Source: an uncultured Verrucomicrobiae bacterium (GTDB taxonomy: Bacteria > Verrucomicrobiota > Verrucomicrobiia > Chthoniobacterales > JAFAMB01). From it: a stretch of 64,000 nt of DNA. The stretch is taken from the NCBI GenBank assembly GCA_963762565.1, contig CAVXLD010000001.1, positions 928,001 through 992,000 on the forward strand. The letters run 5' to 3'. Numbering within the stretch: position 1 is the stretch's first letter; every line of letters starts with the position of its first letter. The notes under the pieces were generated by a model. That model ran no database searches and was not told the DNA's origin. It worked only from the letters and a program-made list of their open reading frames with translations. This document shows, one piece after another, positions 31,087-40,471 of the stretch. A program made the position numbers and the translations under genes.

Positions 31087-31222
31087 AGAATCCTTTAAAT
31101 GCGCCGTGTTCGGTAGAGATGAGCCCCAACTCGTCTCGCTAGCCCCTCGATTTGTCTCCCCCTGCGACACTCGAACAAGCGGGAGTTCGTCTCTACCGAA
31201 CACGGCGCATTTAAAGGATTCT
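31087..31222. repeat. Palindromic element family G: perfect 33-bp inverted repeats with GTAG-REP cores
   Basis: AGAATCCTTTAAATGCGCCGTGTTCGGTAGAGA ... TCTCTACCGAACACGGCGCATTTAAAGGATTCT. Confidence 0.9.
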
Positions 31223-31463
31223 TCCCGGTTTTCAAGGATTCTCTTTGAAACCTCTCAGAACTCGCCGCGTCAATCCACACATGGAGTTTCGCACGTGCCG
31301 GATTTCCTGGTCGACCCCGCAGCAAGACCAGACATAGTAAACGCGACGGCCACAAGTAAGCTCTAAACATTTCAAGATTCACTGATAGAGAGTGGTCCGA
31401 GAACAGCCTGCGGGCGAGTGGCGCGTTTGCCAGCTAAGGCTAGATGAGAGGTCCCATTCGAGT

Positions 31464-33077
31464 ATGTTAAGCCAATTGTCTAAAGACCAGTGGACTTACG
31501 ATGCCGCGGCTCATTTGGCTGCTCGAGCGGGATTTGGTGAATCGCCGTCTCAACTGGATCGCTGGGCTCAGCAAGGGATGGAAGCAACAATTCAAGAGCT
31601 CCTCCATCCAGTCAGCGACACGACCGTTCCGCCCAGCTGTGCTGCTCCGAACCAATTCCAACAGTTGAGGGAGCGAGTCCGGCTGGCTACATCGCCGGAC
31701 GAAAAAAAGGAGATCCGTCGTGCCATACAAGAAGCCACCAAACAGCAGCTTTTTGAACTGATCAACTGGTGGACGCAACGCATGCTCACCACCCCGGCGC
31801 CATTGGTAGAGAAAATGACTTTATTCTGGCATGGTCACTTCGCCACTAGCGGCCTCAAAGTGCGGTCACCGTACAAACTTTGGCAACAGAACGAGACTTT
31901 TCGGCGGCACGGCCTCGGAAGTTTCGCAGCTTTGACCAAAGCCATCTCTCGCGACCCGGCCATGATGGTTTATCTCGATTTACAAACGAGTCAGGCCGAG
32001 CATCCAAACGAGAATTTCGCGCGTGAGCTCATGGAGTTGTTTACCTTGGGCGAAGGGAACTATACTGAGGCCGACGTCAAAGAATCTGCGCGCGCCTTCG
32101 CTGGCTATCGCATCGATCGTTTCGAAGAATTCCGCTTCGCAAAAAATCAGTCTGATGGCGGCAGTAAAACCTTCCTGCAGCAAACCGGAAACTGGAATGG
32201 CGATCAGATCATTGATATCGTCCTGCAACAGCCTGCCGCCGCTAAATTTATCAGCAGCAAGTTGTGGAAGTTCTTCGCGTATGAAGATCCTGACTCGCAG
32301 CTCACCGACAGGTTAGCAGAACTATTTCGCAAGAACTATGAAATCCGCCCGTTGTTGGAGACGATCTTTTCGTCGGAAGAATTCTATAGCCAGCGGGCCC
32401 GAGATGCGATCGTGAAAAGTCCCGTGCAATACGTTGTCGAATCCGGCCGTACACTTGGAGTTAACCTCCCAAGCGGCCGTACTCTATTCCTCGTTTACCA
32501 GCAGTTGGCCCAAGTCCCCTTCTTCCCTCCAAACGTCAAAGGCTGGGACGGCGGCAAAACCTGGATTAACACGGCTACATTGACATTTCGGTACCGGTTG
32601 GCACAACAATTGGTTCGCGGAATCAGAGTGGTGAGCGAGCCGCCGCTCGCGAAGGAGCCTCAGCCTTCGCCGTCAGCACTAGCCTCACCTTTAGCGCAAG
32701 CTTCGCCTTCAGCGCAGGCTTCGGCTTCAGCGCTGGCTTCGGCTTCACCGCTGGCTTCGGCTTCACCGCTGGCTTCGGCCACAGCGCAACGCGCAAGCTT
32801 GATGACCCAGAACGGTTCCGTCTCCGCAGACTACAGCGGGACAGGCGTGCGCCTGCCCGCACTTCCGGTCGACCAGTTAGTCACCGCCGAGGACAGAAAG
32901 GATCCCGAAGCAACCGTACGGAAAATTTACGCTCGGGCTTTCCAAACCACACCGGATCCGGAGCTTTTCGACCGGATCTTAGCTGTGGCCAAACTCAAAG
33001 CGCTTCCTTTGACCGATGATGCGATCAGAGATCTGGTCGCGCTGATGATGATGACGCCCAACTATCAAGTGTGCTAG
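31464..33077 (+). CDS. DUF1800 family protein, paralog 1
   Basis: EKMTLFWHGHFATS, PAMMVYLD, PNENFARELMELFTLG and PPNVKGW motifs. Confidence 0.9.
   Translation: MLSQLSKDQWTYDAAAHLAARAGFGESPSQLDRWAQQGMEATIQELLHPVSDTTVPPSCAAPNQFQQLRERVRLATSPDEKKEIRRAIQEATKQQLFELINWWTQRMLTTPAPLVEKMTLFWHGHFATSGLKVRSPYKLWQQNETFRRHGLGSFAALTKAISRDPAMMVYLDLQTSQAEHPNENFARELMELFTLGEGNYTEADVKESARAFAGYRIDRFEEFRFAKNQSDGGSKTFLQQTGNWNGDQIIDIVLQQPAAAKFISSKLWKFFAYEDPDSQLTDRLAELFRKNYEIRPLLETIFSSEEFYSQRARDAIVKSPVQYVVESGRTLGVNLPSGRTLFLVYQQLAQVPFFPPNVKGWDGGKTWINTATLTFRYRLAQQLVRGIRVVSEPPLAKEPQPSPSALASPLAQASPSAQASASALASASPLASASPLASATAQRASLMTQNGSVSADYSGTGVRLPALPVDQLVTAEDRKDPEATVRKIYARAFQTTPDPELFDRILAVAKLKALPLTDDAIRDLVALMMMTPNYQVC
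32700..32779 (+). repeat. In-frame 18-bp tandem repeat (GCTTCGGCTTCACCGCTG, encoding ASASPL)
   Basis: About 4.4 units read directly inside the DUF1800 gene. Confidence 0.85.
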
Positions 33078-33082
33078 CCAGT

Positions 33083-34390
33083 ATGTCACAAGAACCCGAT
33101 CTACTCACCAGACGTCACTTTCTGCGTACCTCGATCTTAGGGGCAGCATTAAGTTGGACTGTTCCCATCTTCGTTGAACGAACGTTTTCCCTCCTGAATG
33201 CCGAGGCAACAGAGACAGCCACGCAAATCGCAACAGGAAAAGATCATCCGATCTTGGTGGTGCTCCAACTTGCCGGCGGTAATGACGGCCTCAACGCATT
33301 GGTTCCTTTCGAGGACGATTTGTATTATCGGGCGCGCCCCACCATCAATATCCCGCGAGACCAGGTTTTGAGTCTCGACGGTTATGTTGGGTTTAACCCT
33401 CGCATGGCGCCGCTGAAAAACCTGTTTGATCAAGGCAAACTCGCCGTTATTCAAGGTGTGGGGTACCCGAATCCAAATCGATCACACTTTCGATCGACTG
33501 AGATCTGGCAGACCGCTTCTGATGCTGACAAATATGTGAAGACGGGATGGATCGGGCGCTACTTTGACAACTGTTGCGCCGGCCAAGATCCCACGGTGGG
33601 CGTTACGATAGGCAGTCAATTGCCGCAGACTTTCACCGCCGACAAGATCACCGGCATCGCGATGACTCCCGGTGGTAGGCTAGGTTTCGGGAAAGAGGCC
33701 GATGCTTTTGAGCAACAGGCCTTTAACGAACTCAATGGAATCACCCAAGATCACGACCTTACCAGTGGTGCATCGATTGGATCGATCACGGGCCCTAGCG
33801 AGTCAGCGCTCAGCACCATCGAATATCTGCAACGTACAGCGCTCGATGCCCAAGTCGGAACTGACAAAATTGCGGCGATCCTGAAACGGACTAAACCGGA
33901 AGCCGTCTACCCGAAAACGCCGTTAGGAAATGAGCTATCTCTTATTGCTCGGTTGATCAGCGGGGGATTACCGACCCGAGTTTACTACGCTAGCCAAGGG
34001 GGTTATGACACTCACAACGCCCAGGAGAATTCGCATAACAACCTTCTGGGGCAGTTAGCGGACGCCTTGGCAGCCTTCTCCAACGATCTAACCTCCAAGG
34101 GCATCTGGGGCCGGGTATTGGTCATGACCTTTAGCGAGTTCGGTCGCAGGGTAGCCGAAAACGCCAGCAAGGGAACCGATCACGGTACCGCCGCTCCTAT
34201 GTTTGTTTCCGGGGGCGCGGTTAAACCCGGTGTTTACGGGAACCATCCTTCGCTCAGTAACCTCGACCAGGGCGACCTGATCCATACCGTCGATTTCAGG
34301 TCTGTTTACTCGACAATCCTAAACCGTTGGATGAAAGCGCCTGCGTCGAAGATTCTGGGAAGGGACTTCACCGCGCTGCCTTTCGTGTAG
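33083..34390 (+). CDS. DUF1501 family protein with Tat signal
   Basis: TRRHFL Tat motif, QLAGGNDGLN, PNRSHFRS, GYDTH and SEFGRR..N...GTDHG motifs. Confidence 0.9.
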   Translation: MSQEPDLLTRRHFLRTSILGAALSWTVPIFVERTFSLLNAEATETATQIATGKDHPILVVLQLAGGNDGLNALVPFEDDLYYRARPTINIPRDQVLSLDGYVGFNPRMAPLKNLFDQGKLAVIQGVGYPNPNRSHFRSTEIWQTASDADKYVKTGWIGRYFDNCCAGQDPTVGVTIGSQLPQTFTADKITGIAMTPGGRLGFGKEADAFEQQAFNELNGITQDHDLTSGASIGSITGPSESALSTIEYLQRTALDAQVGTDKIAAILKRTKPEAVYPKTPLGNELSLIARLISGGLPTRVYYASQGGYDTHNAQENSHNNLLGQLADALAAFSNDLTSKGIWGRVLVMTFSEFGRRVAENASKGTDHGTAAPMFVSGGAVKPGVYGNHPSLSNLDQGDLIHTVDFRSVYSTILNRWMKAPASKILGRDFTALPFV

Positions 34391-34410
34391 AAATAAGCGC
34401 CACCCAGCCC

Positions 34411-34677
34411 CTGGAGGGTAGCCGCTTTGCAGGTTGGCAACTCTGCAGGTTGGCAGCCACCGAAAGCATTCGGGGTAGACAGGCGGCTCCCGAGAATTAC
34501 CCAGCGTTATGCAATTGAATAAGCGTCATGGAAATCGCGTTGGAACCGAGGCGCTGGGCGAAGAGATCACGCTGGGTAATTTCCGGGAGCCGCCTGCTGT
34601 CTCATGGTTCAGACAGACACGCCTTGAGACTAATTTTGCGAGATCGTCCCGTACATGCCGAAGCGGCTCCCCTCCAG
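34411..34677. repeat. Family A copy 3
   Basis: CTGGAGGGTAGCCGCTT..CAGGCGGCTCCCGAGAATTACCCAGCG..CGCTGGGTAATTTCCGGGAGCCGCCTG..AAGCGGCTCCCCTCCAG. Confidence 0.88.
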
Positions 34678-34729
34678 ACCAAGGCGCATCGAAAACGATA
34701 CCCGTAAAACGCAAACGGAGAACTGTTAA

Positions 34730-36397
34730 ATGATGCTAGCCCCACTGCCGCCTGATTATTGGAGCGCGGAGGCCGCTGCTCATCTTGCGCTGAGAGCAGG
34801 ATTCGGCCAAACGCCGGACGAATCAAAGAAATGGGCCGAACAAGGGCTGGAGGCCATGCTCAACCATCTCCTCCAGTCGCCCGCCGACAACGTGGCGCCA
34901 CCGGACTGGGCCTACCCCACTCGCGATGAAGACCTGTTGCAAAGGGTCCGCAATCCGGCGCTAACTCCGGAAGAAAAAGCGCAAGTCCAGCGCGACCTAA
35001 ACATCCGGAAAGCAGAGCACATGGCGGACTTAGTTAATTGGTGGACACTCCGCATGAGTCGTTCCCCTGCGCCTTTCGTCGAGAAGATGACGCTTTTTTG
35101 GCACGGTCATTTTGCTACCAGCGCCGAGAAAGTCTCTGCCTATCGGATGTGGCTGCAAAACGAAACGATCCGCCGCTACGCGCTCTCGAATTTCGGCACC
35201 CTGGTCAAAGCGATTTCATGTGATCCAGCTATGATCAATTGGCTGGATTTGGGCTCGAGCCAGAAAGAGCATCCGAACGAGAATTTTGCTCGCGAATTGA
35301 TGGAGTTATTTACTCTCGGGGAGGGACACTACACGGAGGATGATGTCAAAGCGGCTGCCCGCGCTTTTACCGGTTATCGGGTGGCCGGCCCGGCTGAACA
35401 GTTTCGTTTCGTGGCCGGCCAGTTTGATCAATCGGATAAGACTTTCCTCGGCAAAACCGGCCCCTGGCGGGGCGATCAGGTGATCGACCTCATTCTTTCC
35501 CAGCCCCAGTGTGCCAAGTTTATTGCTACCAAGATCTGGCGTTTCTTTGCCTACGACGATCCAGCCCCTCCCTTGATCGACGTTTTGGGCGGGCAGCTGC
35601 TGCGTTGCAAGTATGAGCTAAAACCATTCATGAAGATCGTGTTATCGAGCCAAGAATTTTTCAGCCCGCAAGCTCACAGCACAATCATTAAATCACCCGT
35701 CCAATTCCTAGTACAAGGCCAAAAGACGCTCGGACTCCCGCTGCCAACCGGGCAGCCATTGGTCTTTATCTATCGGCAATTAGGCCAGATTCCGTTTTAT
35801 CCGCCAAACGTTAAAGGCTGGGACGGCGGAAAGAGCTGGATAAATACCGCGACTCTGACTTACCGATACGAACTAGCGAGAGAACTTGTCTATGGAGTTC
35901 TGCCCGAACAGGTCGGCTTACCCAAAGGACCCGCGCCCAGTCCTACACCGAGTCCAACACCGGCCGTAACCAAACCTCTCGCTATGGAAGCATCGATGGA
36001 AGAGATGGCCGTTAAGGCGATGAATGCAGACCCGCAAAGTATGAGCCTCATCGCCGACCAAAACATCCCTGGCCCAGCTAAAGCCGTGGGAAATACGGGG
36101 ACGCCAGCGCCCCAAAAGAGACCGGAACCTCAAGTAGTGCCGCCTCCCGCGCCAACTCCTCTGGCTCGACTCACAGCTGGTTTGCCCATCGGCAAGTTCG
36201 TTTCCCCCGACGATCGCAAGGATCCACGGCGCGTGGTGGAGAAACTAAGTCTAGCGATTTTCCAAGCCACACCAGATACGGCTCTCTTAGAAAAGTTCGT
36301 CAACGTAGCAACGGCAAACCCAGTTCCATTTGATGACCACGCGATCCGGGAGTTGGCGACGCTGATGATGACCACGCCGATTTATCAGCTATGCTGA
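34730..36397 (+). CDS. DUF1800 family protein, paralog 2
   Basis: Same motifs as paralog 1 with clearly diverged sequence. Confidence 0.9.
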   Translation: MMLAPLPPDYWSAEAAAHLALRAGFGQTPDESKKWAEQGLEAMLNHLLQSPADNVAPPDWAYPTRDEDLLQRVRNPALTPEEKAQVQRDLNIRKAEHMADLVNWWTLRMSRSPAPFVEKMTLFWHGHFATSAEKVSAYRMWLQNETIRRYALSNFGTLVKAISCDPAMINWLDLGSSQKEHPNENFARELMELFTLGEGHYTEDDVKAAARAFTGYRVAGPAEQFRFVAGQFDQSDKTFLGKTGPWRGDQVIDLILSQPQCAKFIATKIWRFFAYDDPAPPLIDVLGGQLLRCKYELKPFMKIVLSSQEFFSPQAHSTIIKSPVQFLVQGQKTLGLPLPTGQPLVFIYRQLGQIPFYPPNVKGWDGGKSWINTATLTYRYELARELVYGVLPEQVGLPKGPAPSPTPSPTPAVTKPLAMEASMEEMAVKAMNADPQSMSLIADQNIPGPAKAVGNTGTPAPQKRPEPQVVPPPAPTPLARLTAGLPIGKFVSPDDRKDPRRVVEKLSLAIFQATPDTALLEKFVNVATANPVPFDDHAIRELATLMMTTPIYQLC

Positions 36398-36404
36398 GGG
36401 ATTC

Positions 36405-36545
36405 GGGGAGGGCGCGCGTCCCCGCGCGCCGCGAGCGGGTCTACGCCGTCCGCATAACCAAACGCCTCAATCCGGTCTGCCATGGGCTCCGCGAACCATC
36501 CGGCATCTGCCAGGCATCTGCCGGACGGGGACGCGATCCCTCCCG
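36405..36545. repeat. Palindromic element family B, copy 1 (GGAG-REP doublet)
   Basis: GGGAGGGCGCGCGTCCCCGCGCGCC ... GGGGACGCGATCCCTCCC. Confidence 0.85.
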
Positions 36546-36602
36546 AAGCGCCCTTGCAACAAATCCAGCTCCAGACCATGCTTTTGATCTTCAACCATAA
36601 GT

Positions 36603-37385
36603 GTGAAGATCCTCCTAACCGCAGATCTCCATTTTTATCGTCCCTGGTTTGACTGGTTGCGAAGCGAGGCGCCTTTCTTCGATCTGATTTGTATCGCCGG
36701 TGATTTCTTCGACATGGAACATCCAGCCGGTTTGCTCCCCCAGATGGTCTTCTTCTACGATTGGATAGCCAACCTGGCCCGGCAAAAGACTCCCATCGCT
36801 GTCTGCACTGGGAACCACGATCTGCCGCCCGGAAGTTTCTTAGTCCGACCCGGTGTTCCAATTGTGAGCAAGGATTTAGCTGTGATCGCTCACTATGCTA
36901 AAGCAACCCGTTGGATTCACGCATTGAAACTCGATCACCAGATCGCAGTCGACGGCGACCAAAAAATTGTCCGCGGCAAATCCGGCGAATCCTTAACAGT
37001 GGTCTGTTGTCCTTACCGGGCCGATGGAAGAGTCGACCCCTGGAAACCGGTTCCCGGAAAATCGATCGTCCTTCACCATGAGCCTCCCGGCAACAGTCAA
37101 TTGGCCATCCCTAAAGCGGGTAATCCCGAGCTGTCACTGATTGTGGAGAAACTCAATCCGACCTGGTGCGTAAGCGGTCACGTCCACTTCACACCAGGCG
37201 AACAAAACCAGTTCTTCGAACGTATCGGAAGCACCATTTGCTTTAATTGCCGGCAAAATGCGCCAAACGACATGCTACCTCCCCGCCCCAATACGATCGT
37301 TCTTGATAGCTCTACCGGAACCGCGGCCTGGCGTCGCTGGTTCTCGGCGACGTCGTACGACGAAACCATCGCCCGCCTAGACTAA
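36603..37385 (+). CDS. Calcineurin-like metallophosphoesterase
   Basis: ADLH, AGD, GNHD, HHEPP and SGHVH motifs. Confidence 0.85.
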   Translation: MKILLTADLHFYRPWFDWLRSEAPFFDLICIAGDFFDMEHPAGLLPQMVFFYDWIANLARQKTPIAVCTGNHDLPPGSFLVRPGVPIVSKDLAVIAHYAKATRWIHALKLDHQIAVDGDQKIVRGKSGESLTVVCCPYRADGRVDPWKPVPGKSIVLHHEPPGNSQLAIPKAGNPELSLIVEKLNPTWCVSGHVHFTPGEQNQFFERIGSTICFNCRQNAPNDMLPPRPNTIVLDSSTGTAAWRRWFSATSYDETIARLD

Positions 37386-37432
37386 CTCCCGCTTTTTGGA
37401 ACGTTTGTTCCTAAAACCGGGAGATACCTTCA

Positions 37433-38236
37433 ATGCGCGCCCTTTTTATTGTCGTTCAATTCTGCTTTCTAACCCTGGGTATCGTACCATTTGCGACCGC
37501 CCAAACTCAGTTACTAGCTCAGGGAAAGTCGGGCACAGGCAAGATTTCCTGGGAGATCCGGCTAGATAATAACGACTACACGCTCTGGTTATGGCCGGAT
37601 GGCCACAAAGGTCAGGCCACTCAAGTGGGTTCGGCCGAGGACGCAATGCCAGTCGCGGCGACCTTCAACGGCGATGACACCTGGCTTGTGGTTACGCGTC
37701 ATCTTAGCAGCGGTCAATTGTTTTCGATCTACCGTAAAGACGCTGCTGGTTCCTATAGCGAACAAGGAGGCCAGGACGACGAGGATGAACCTGTACCAGG
37801 CTTCTTCAAAGTGGAAAAAACGGTGACCGGCAACGATATCGACCGCTGGTCGGTTAATTTCGACAAATGGGACCCTAGTTTTGGGTCTTCGGCGTTTGTT
37901 TTTTCCTGGACTGCCCGCTTGAACAAGGGTTCGGATGGCGATTTCCGGCGCTTTGTAGGATGGCAGGGAGTTTATGATCTGGAAAAGAGGGCAGTCGTTA
38001 AGACCCTGTCACCCGGCACAGTCTTCACTCAAACCGAGCTTTCGGAGAAGAGCCTGAACCAGGATTACCGCGAACTCAGGGGCATGCTTGACGCAACTGA
38101 TCAGCAGAAACTGCGACAGGAACAACTTGAATGGCTGAAAAAACGAGACGCGATCAAGACCTCGCAAGAAAAGCTCGAATTGACGATGGCTCGCGTCGAG
38201 GAATTCGAAGACAGAATAGCTAAGTTGAAGAAATAG
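37433..38236 (+). CDS. Secreted protein with C-terminal LprI (DUF1311)-like helical domain
   Basis: N-terminal signal peptide (..ATA-Q) and LNQDYREL..LRQEQLEWLKKRD. Confidence 0.65.
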   Translation: MRALFIVVQFCFLTLGIVPFATAQTQLLAQGKSGTGKISWEIRLDNNDYTLWLWPDGHKGQATQVGSAEDAMPVAATFNGDDTWLVVTRHLSSGQLFSIYRKDAAGSYSEQGGQDDEDEPVPGFFKVEKTVTGNDIDRWSVNFDKWDPSFGSSAFVFSWTARLNKGSDGDFRRFVGWQGVYDLEKRAVVKTLSPGTVFTQTELSEKSLNQDYRELRGMLDATDQQKLRQEQLEWLKKRDAIKTSQEKLELTMARVEEFEDRIAKLKK

Positions 38237-38303
38237 CGGCCGCAGTGTTCTTTACAGAAGCAAAACGAAGTTACCCCAAGTTTTTCCTTTCTCCGTTACC
38301 TCG

Positions 38304-38843
38304 TTATCCGGCAGCTGAAATCTGCGGCTTTCTGCCTCGCTTTAGCGGAGCAAACCGCTGCGGCCCAAAATCGCGCACCGTACCTTCAAAACTTAGTAAA
38401 GCTTTCTTCAGATCTAGCCCGCCGCCATATCCGACCAACTGACCGTTGGCCCCTATTACCCGATGGCAAGGAACGATAATGGCAACCGGGTTCTGGCCGT
38501 TAGCCATGCCCACGGCCCGAGCGTGACTACCTACGCGGGCAGCTTCTTCTTTGTACGATATCGTCTCTCCGTACGGGATGCTTTGTAGCGCTTCCCAGGC
38601 TCTGACCTGAAATGGCGTCCCAATGAATCGAATAGGGATATCGAACTCCATTCTTTTTCCTTCGAAATATTCGTCGAGCTGTCGGACCACTCTCGGGAAT
38701 GGCTCCACTTTTTCTTGGCTTGGCGCGGACTCGGACTCGACGGGCTGACGATCCCACCAAAAGTGCAAGCCGATCAGATTGGTACCATCGGAAACCAATT
38801 TTAAGTCACCGACAGGACTATGATAAATGATGTGATAGTTCAT
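38304..38843 (-). CDS. ogt: Methylated-DNA--protein-cysteine methyltransferase
   Basis: GTPFQ..W, IPYGETISY, RAVG and VPCHRVIG motifs. Confidence 0.93.
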   Translation of the reverse strand: MNYHIIYHSPVGDLKLVSDGTNLIGLHFWWDRQPVESESAPSQEKVEPFPRVVRQLDEYFEGKRMEFDIPIRFIGTPFQVRAWEALQSIPYGETISYKEEAARVGSHARAVGMANGQNPVAIIVPCHRVIGANGQLVGYGGGLDLKKALLSFEGTVRDFGPQRFAPLKRGRKPQISAAG

Positions 38844-40263
38844 GTTGTTGCTCCAAAGAATTCCAAAGTTGCATGGCAGCATAAGCTCGCCATGGTCTCC
38901 ACTTTTCCGAAAGAGCGAGCGCTTCTGACGCCTTCTTCACCGCAAGCGCTTTCTGTAGGCCTAGATCCTGATGAGGAAAGGCGTCGGGCCAACCCAACAC
39001 TCTCATCGCGATATAGCCGGCTGTCCAAGGCCCGATCCCCGGCACCAGGGTCAGCTGTTTTACACTTTCTTCCCAAGAGATCACATGCAAGAAATTGATC
39101 TTCTCTTCTGCCACCGCTCGAGCCAGTCCTGCTAACGTTGTCGCCCGCGCTTCCGTCAAGCCGACTGTCCGCAATTCGGCAACCGGCACCGCCGCGATTT
39201 GGGCGGCGGTCGGCACCAGCAATTTTAACTCGGGAAACGGAGTATCGATTCGTTGGCCAAACCGCTCCACTATTCGCCCGGCAATGGTCGTCGCCGCCGG
39301 GACACTGATTTGTTGACCGAGCACCGCGCGCATGGCGATCTCGAAACCATCAAAAGCGCCTGGCACCCGAAGGCCTGGGTTCCCCAACGCTAACGATCCG
39401 AGCGCGGCAGTGATCGGATCGGGCGAAGCATCGAGATCGAATAAGCGTCGCAATCGAGCAATCAAAGGTAATAGAACGGAGAGCAGATCCGGAGCGACTT
39501 CCACCTTCAGAGAAAGGTTATTGGGATCATTTTCCACCGAGATCCATCCTGTCGAACGCCCGATCTGCACCGTTCGGAAATATTGAGTTCCGTTAACGAA
39601 CTCCGCTCCCCGATAAAATCGTCGGCGAAAATAACGAAGTATGCTGTCCCAACAAAATGGCGGTCGATAACTGAGGCGGAAGGTGCATTCCGAGCCGCTC
39701 GCGCCATTGCCAGAGTCTTTACGCAAGGCCGTTGGTGAAAGCCGATACCGTTCCTTAAATAAGCTATTGAATCGACGCAAACTTTTGAATCCGCTCGCTA
39801 ACGCAACCTCGTTCATGGTGAGCCTCGTATCGGTGAGCAACTGCTTTGCGAGAAGTAATCTCCGAGTCTGCATCAACTGAATAGGAGAAACACCGAGCTG
39901 TTTCTTCAAAATCCGCCGAAAGTGCCGATCAGAAAATTGGAATGTGTTTGCCAGTTCAGGTATCGATTGGTTGGCTTCTTCCATTCGATCGAGATAACGC
40001 AGAGCGGCCCCCACCACTCTCTGCTCTGAGTCAATGGGAGCATTGCCTGGAGCCAATTCAGGCCGACAACGCAAACAGGGACGATAACCGGCGACTTCTG
40101 CGGCCGCTGCCAAGCGGAAGAATTCGCAGTGCTCCTCATGCGGACGTCGCGACGGACAGATCGGACGGCAATAGATCTTCGTCGTTTTCACGCCAATGAA
40201 AAAGACGCCATCGAACCTCCGATCTCGAGCACTGAGCGCCTCATAGTACTGGTGCGAATTCAT
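38818..40263 (-). CDS. alkA: Ada-N/AraC/AlkA fusion (adaptive-response regulator and 3-methyladenine glycosylase)
   Basis: CRPIC..PCLRCRP zinc site, AraC HTH, RAVLGQQIS and HhH-GPD (PGIGPWTA..D.FP..D). Confidence 0.92.
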   Translation of the reverse strand: MNSHQYYEALSARDRRFDGVFFIGVKTTKIYCRPICPSRRPHEEHCEFFRLAAAAEVAGYRPCLRCRPELAPGNAPIDSEQRVVGAALRYLDRMEEANQSIPELANTFQFSDRHFRRILKKQLGVSPIQLMQTRRLLLAKQLLTDTRLTMNEVALASGFKSLRRFNSLFKERYRLSPTALRKDSGNGASGSECTFRLSYRPPFCWDSILRYFRRRFYRGAEFVNGTQYFRTVQIGRSTGWISVENDPNNLSLKVEVAPDLLSVLLPLIARLRRLFDLDASPDPITAALGSLALGNPGLRVPGAFDGFEIAMRAVLGQQISVPAATTIAGRIVERFGQRIDTPFPELKLLVPTAAQIAAVPVAELRTVGLTEARATTLAGLARAVAEEKINFLHVISWEESVKQLTLVPGIGPWTAGYIAMRVLGWPDAFPHQDLGLQKALAVKKASEALALSEKWRPWRAYAAMQLWNSLEQQHELSHHLS

Positions 40264-40377
40264 GGTGCGGTCAGTATCGGTCGCTTTTTGGCGACTGTCT
40301 CGCCGTTTTCGGACAGGTAGATTTTCGGGGGCTGGAGGGGGCGGTGGGCGCTGCAGGGCACGTCGGGCAGGGTACGG

Positions 40378-40449
40378 ATGGGACTTATATGACCTATGGG
40401 ACCTATAGGTCGCCCGTCATATAAGTCCTATAGGTCATATAAGTCCTAT
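40378..40449. repeat. Inverted 9-mer arrays (ATGGGACTT / AAGTCCTAT type)
   Basis: Read directly. The same family occurs at 55860-55929. Confidence 0.8.
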
Positions 40450-40471
40450 CTGTGCGCCCGCCCACCGTCCA

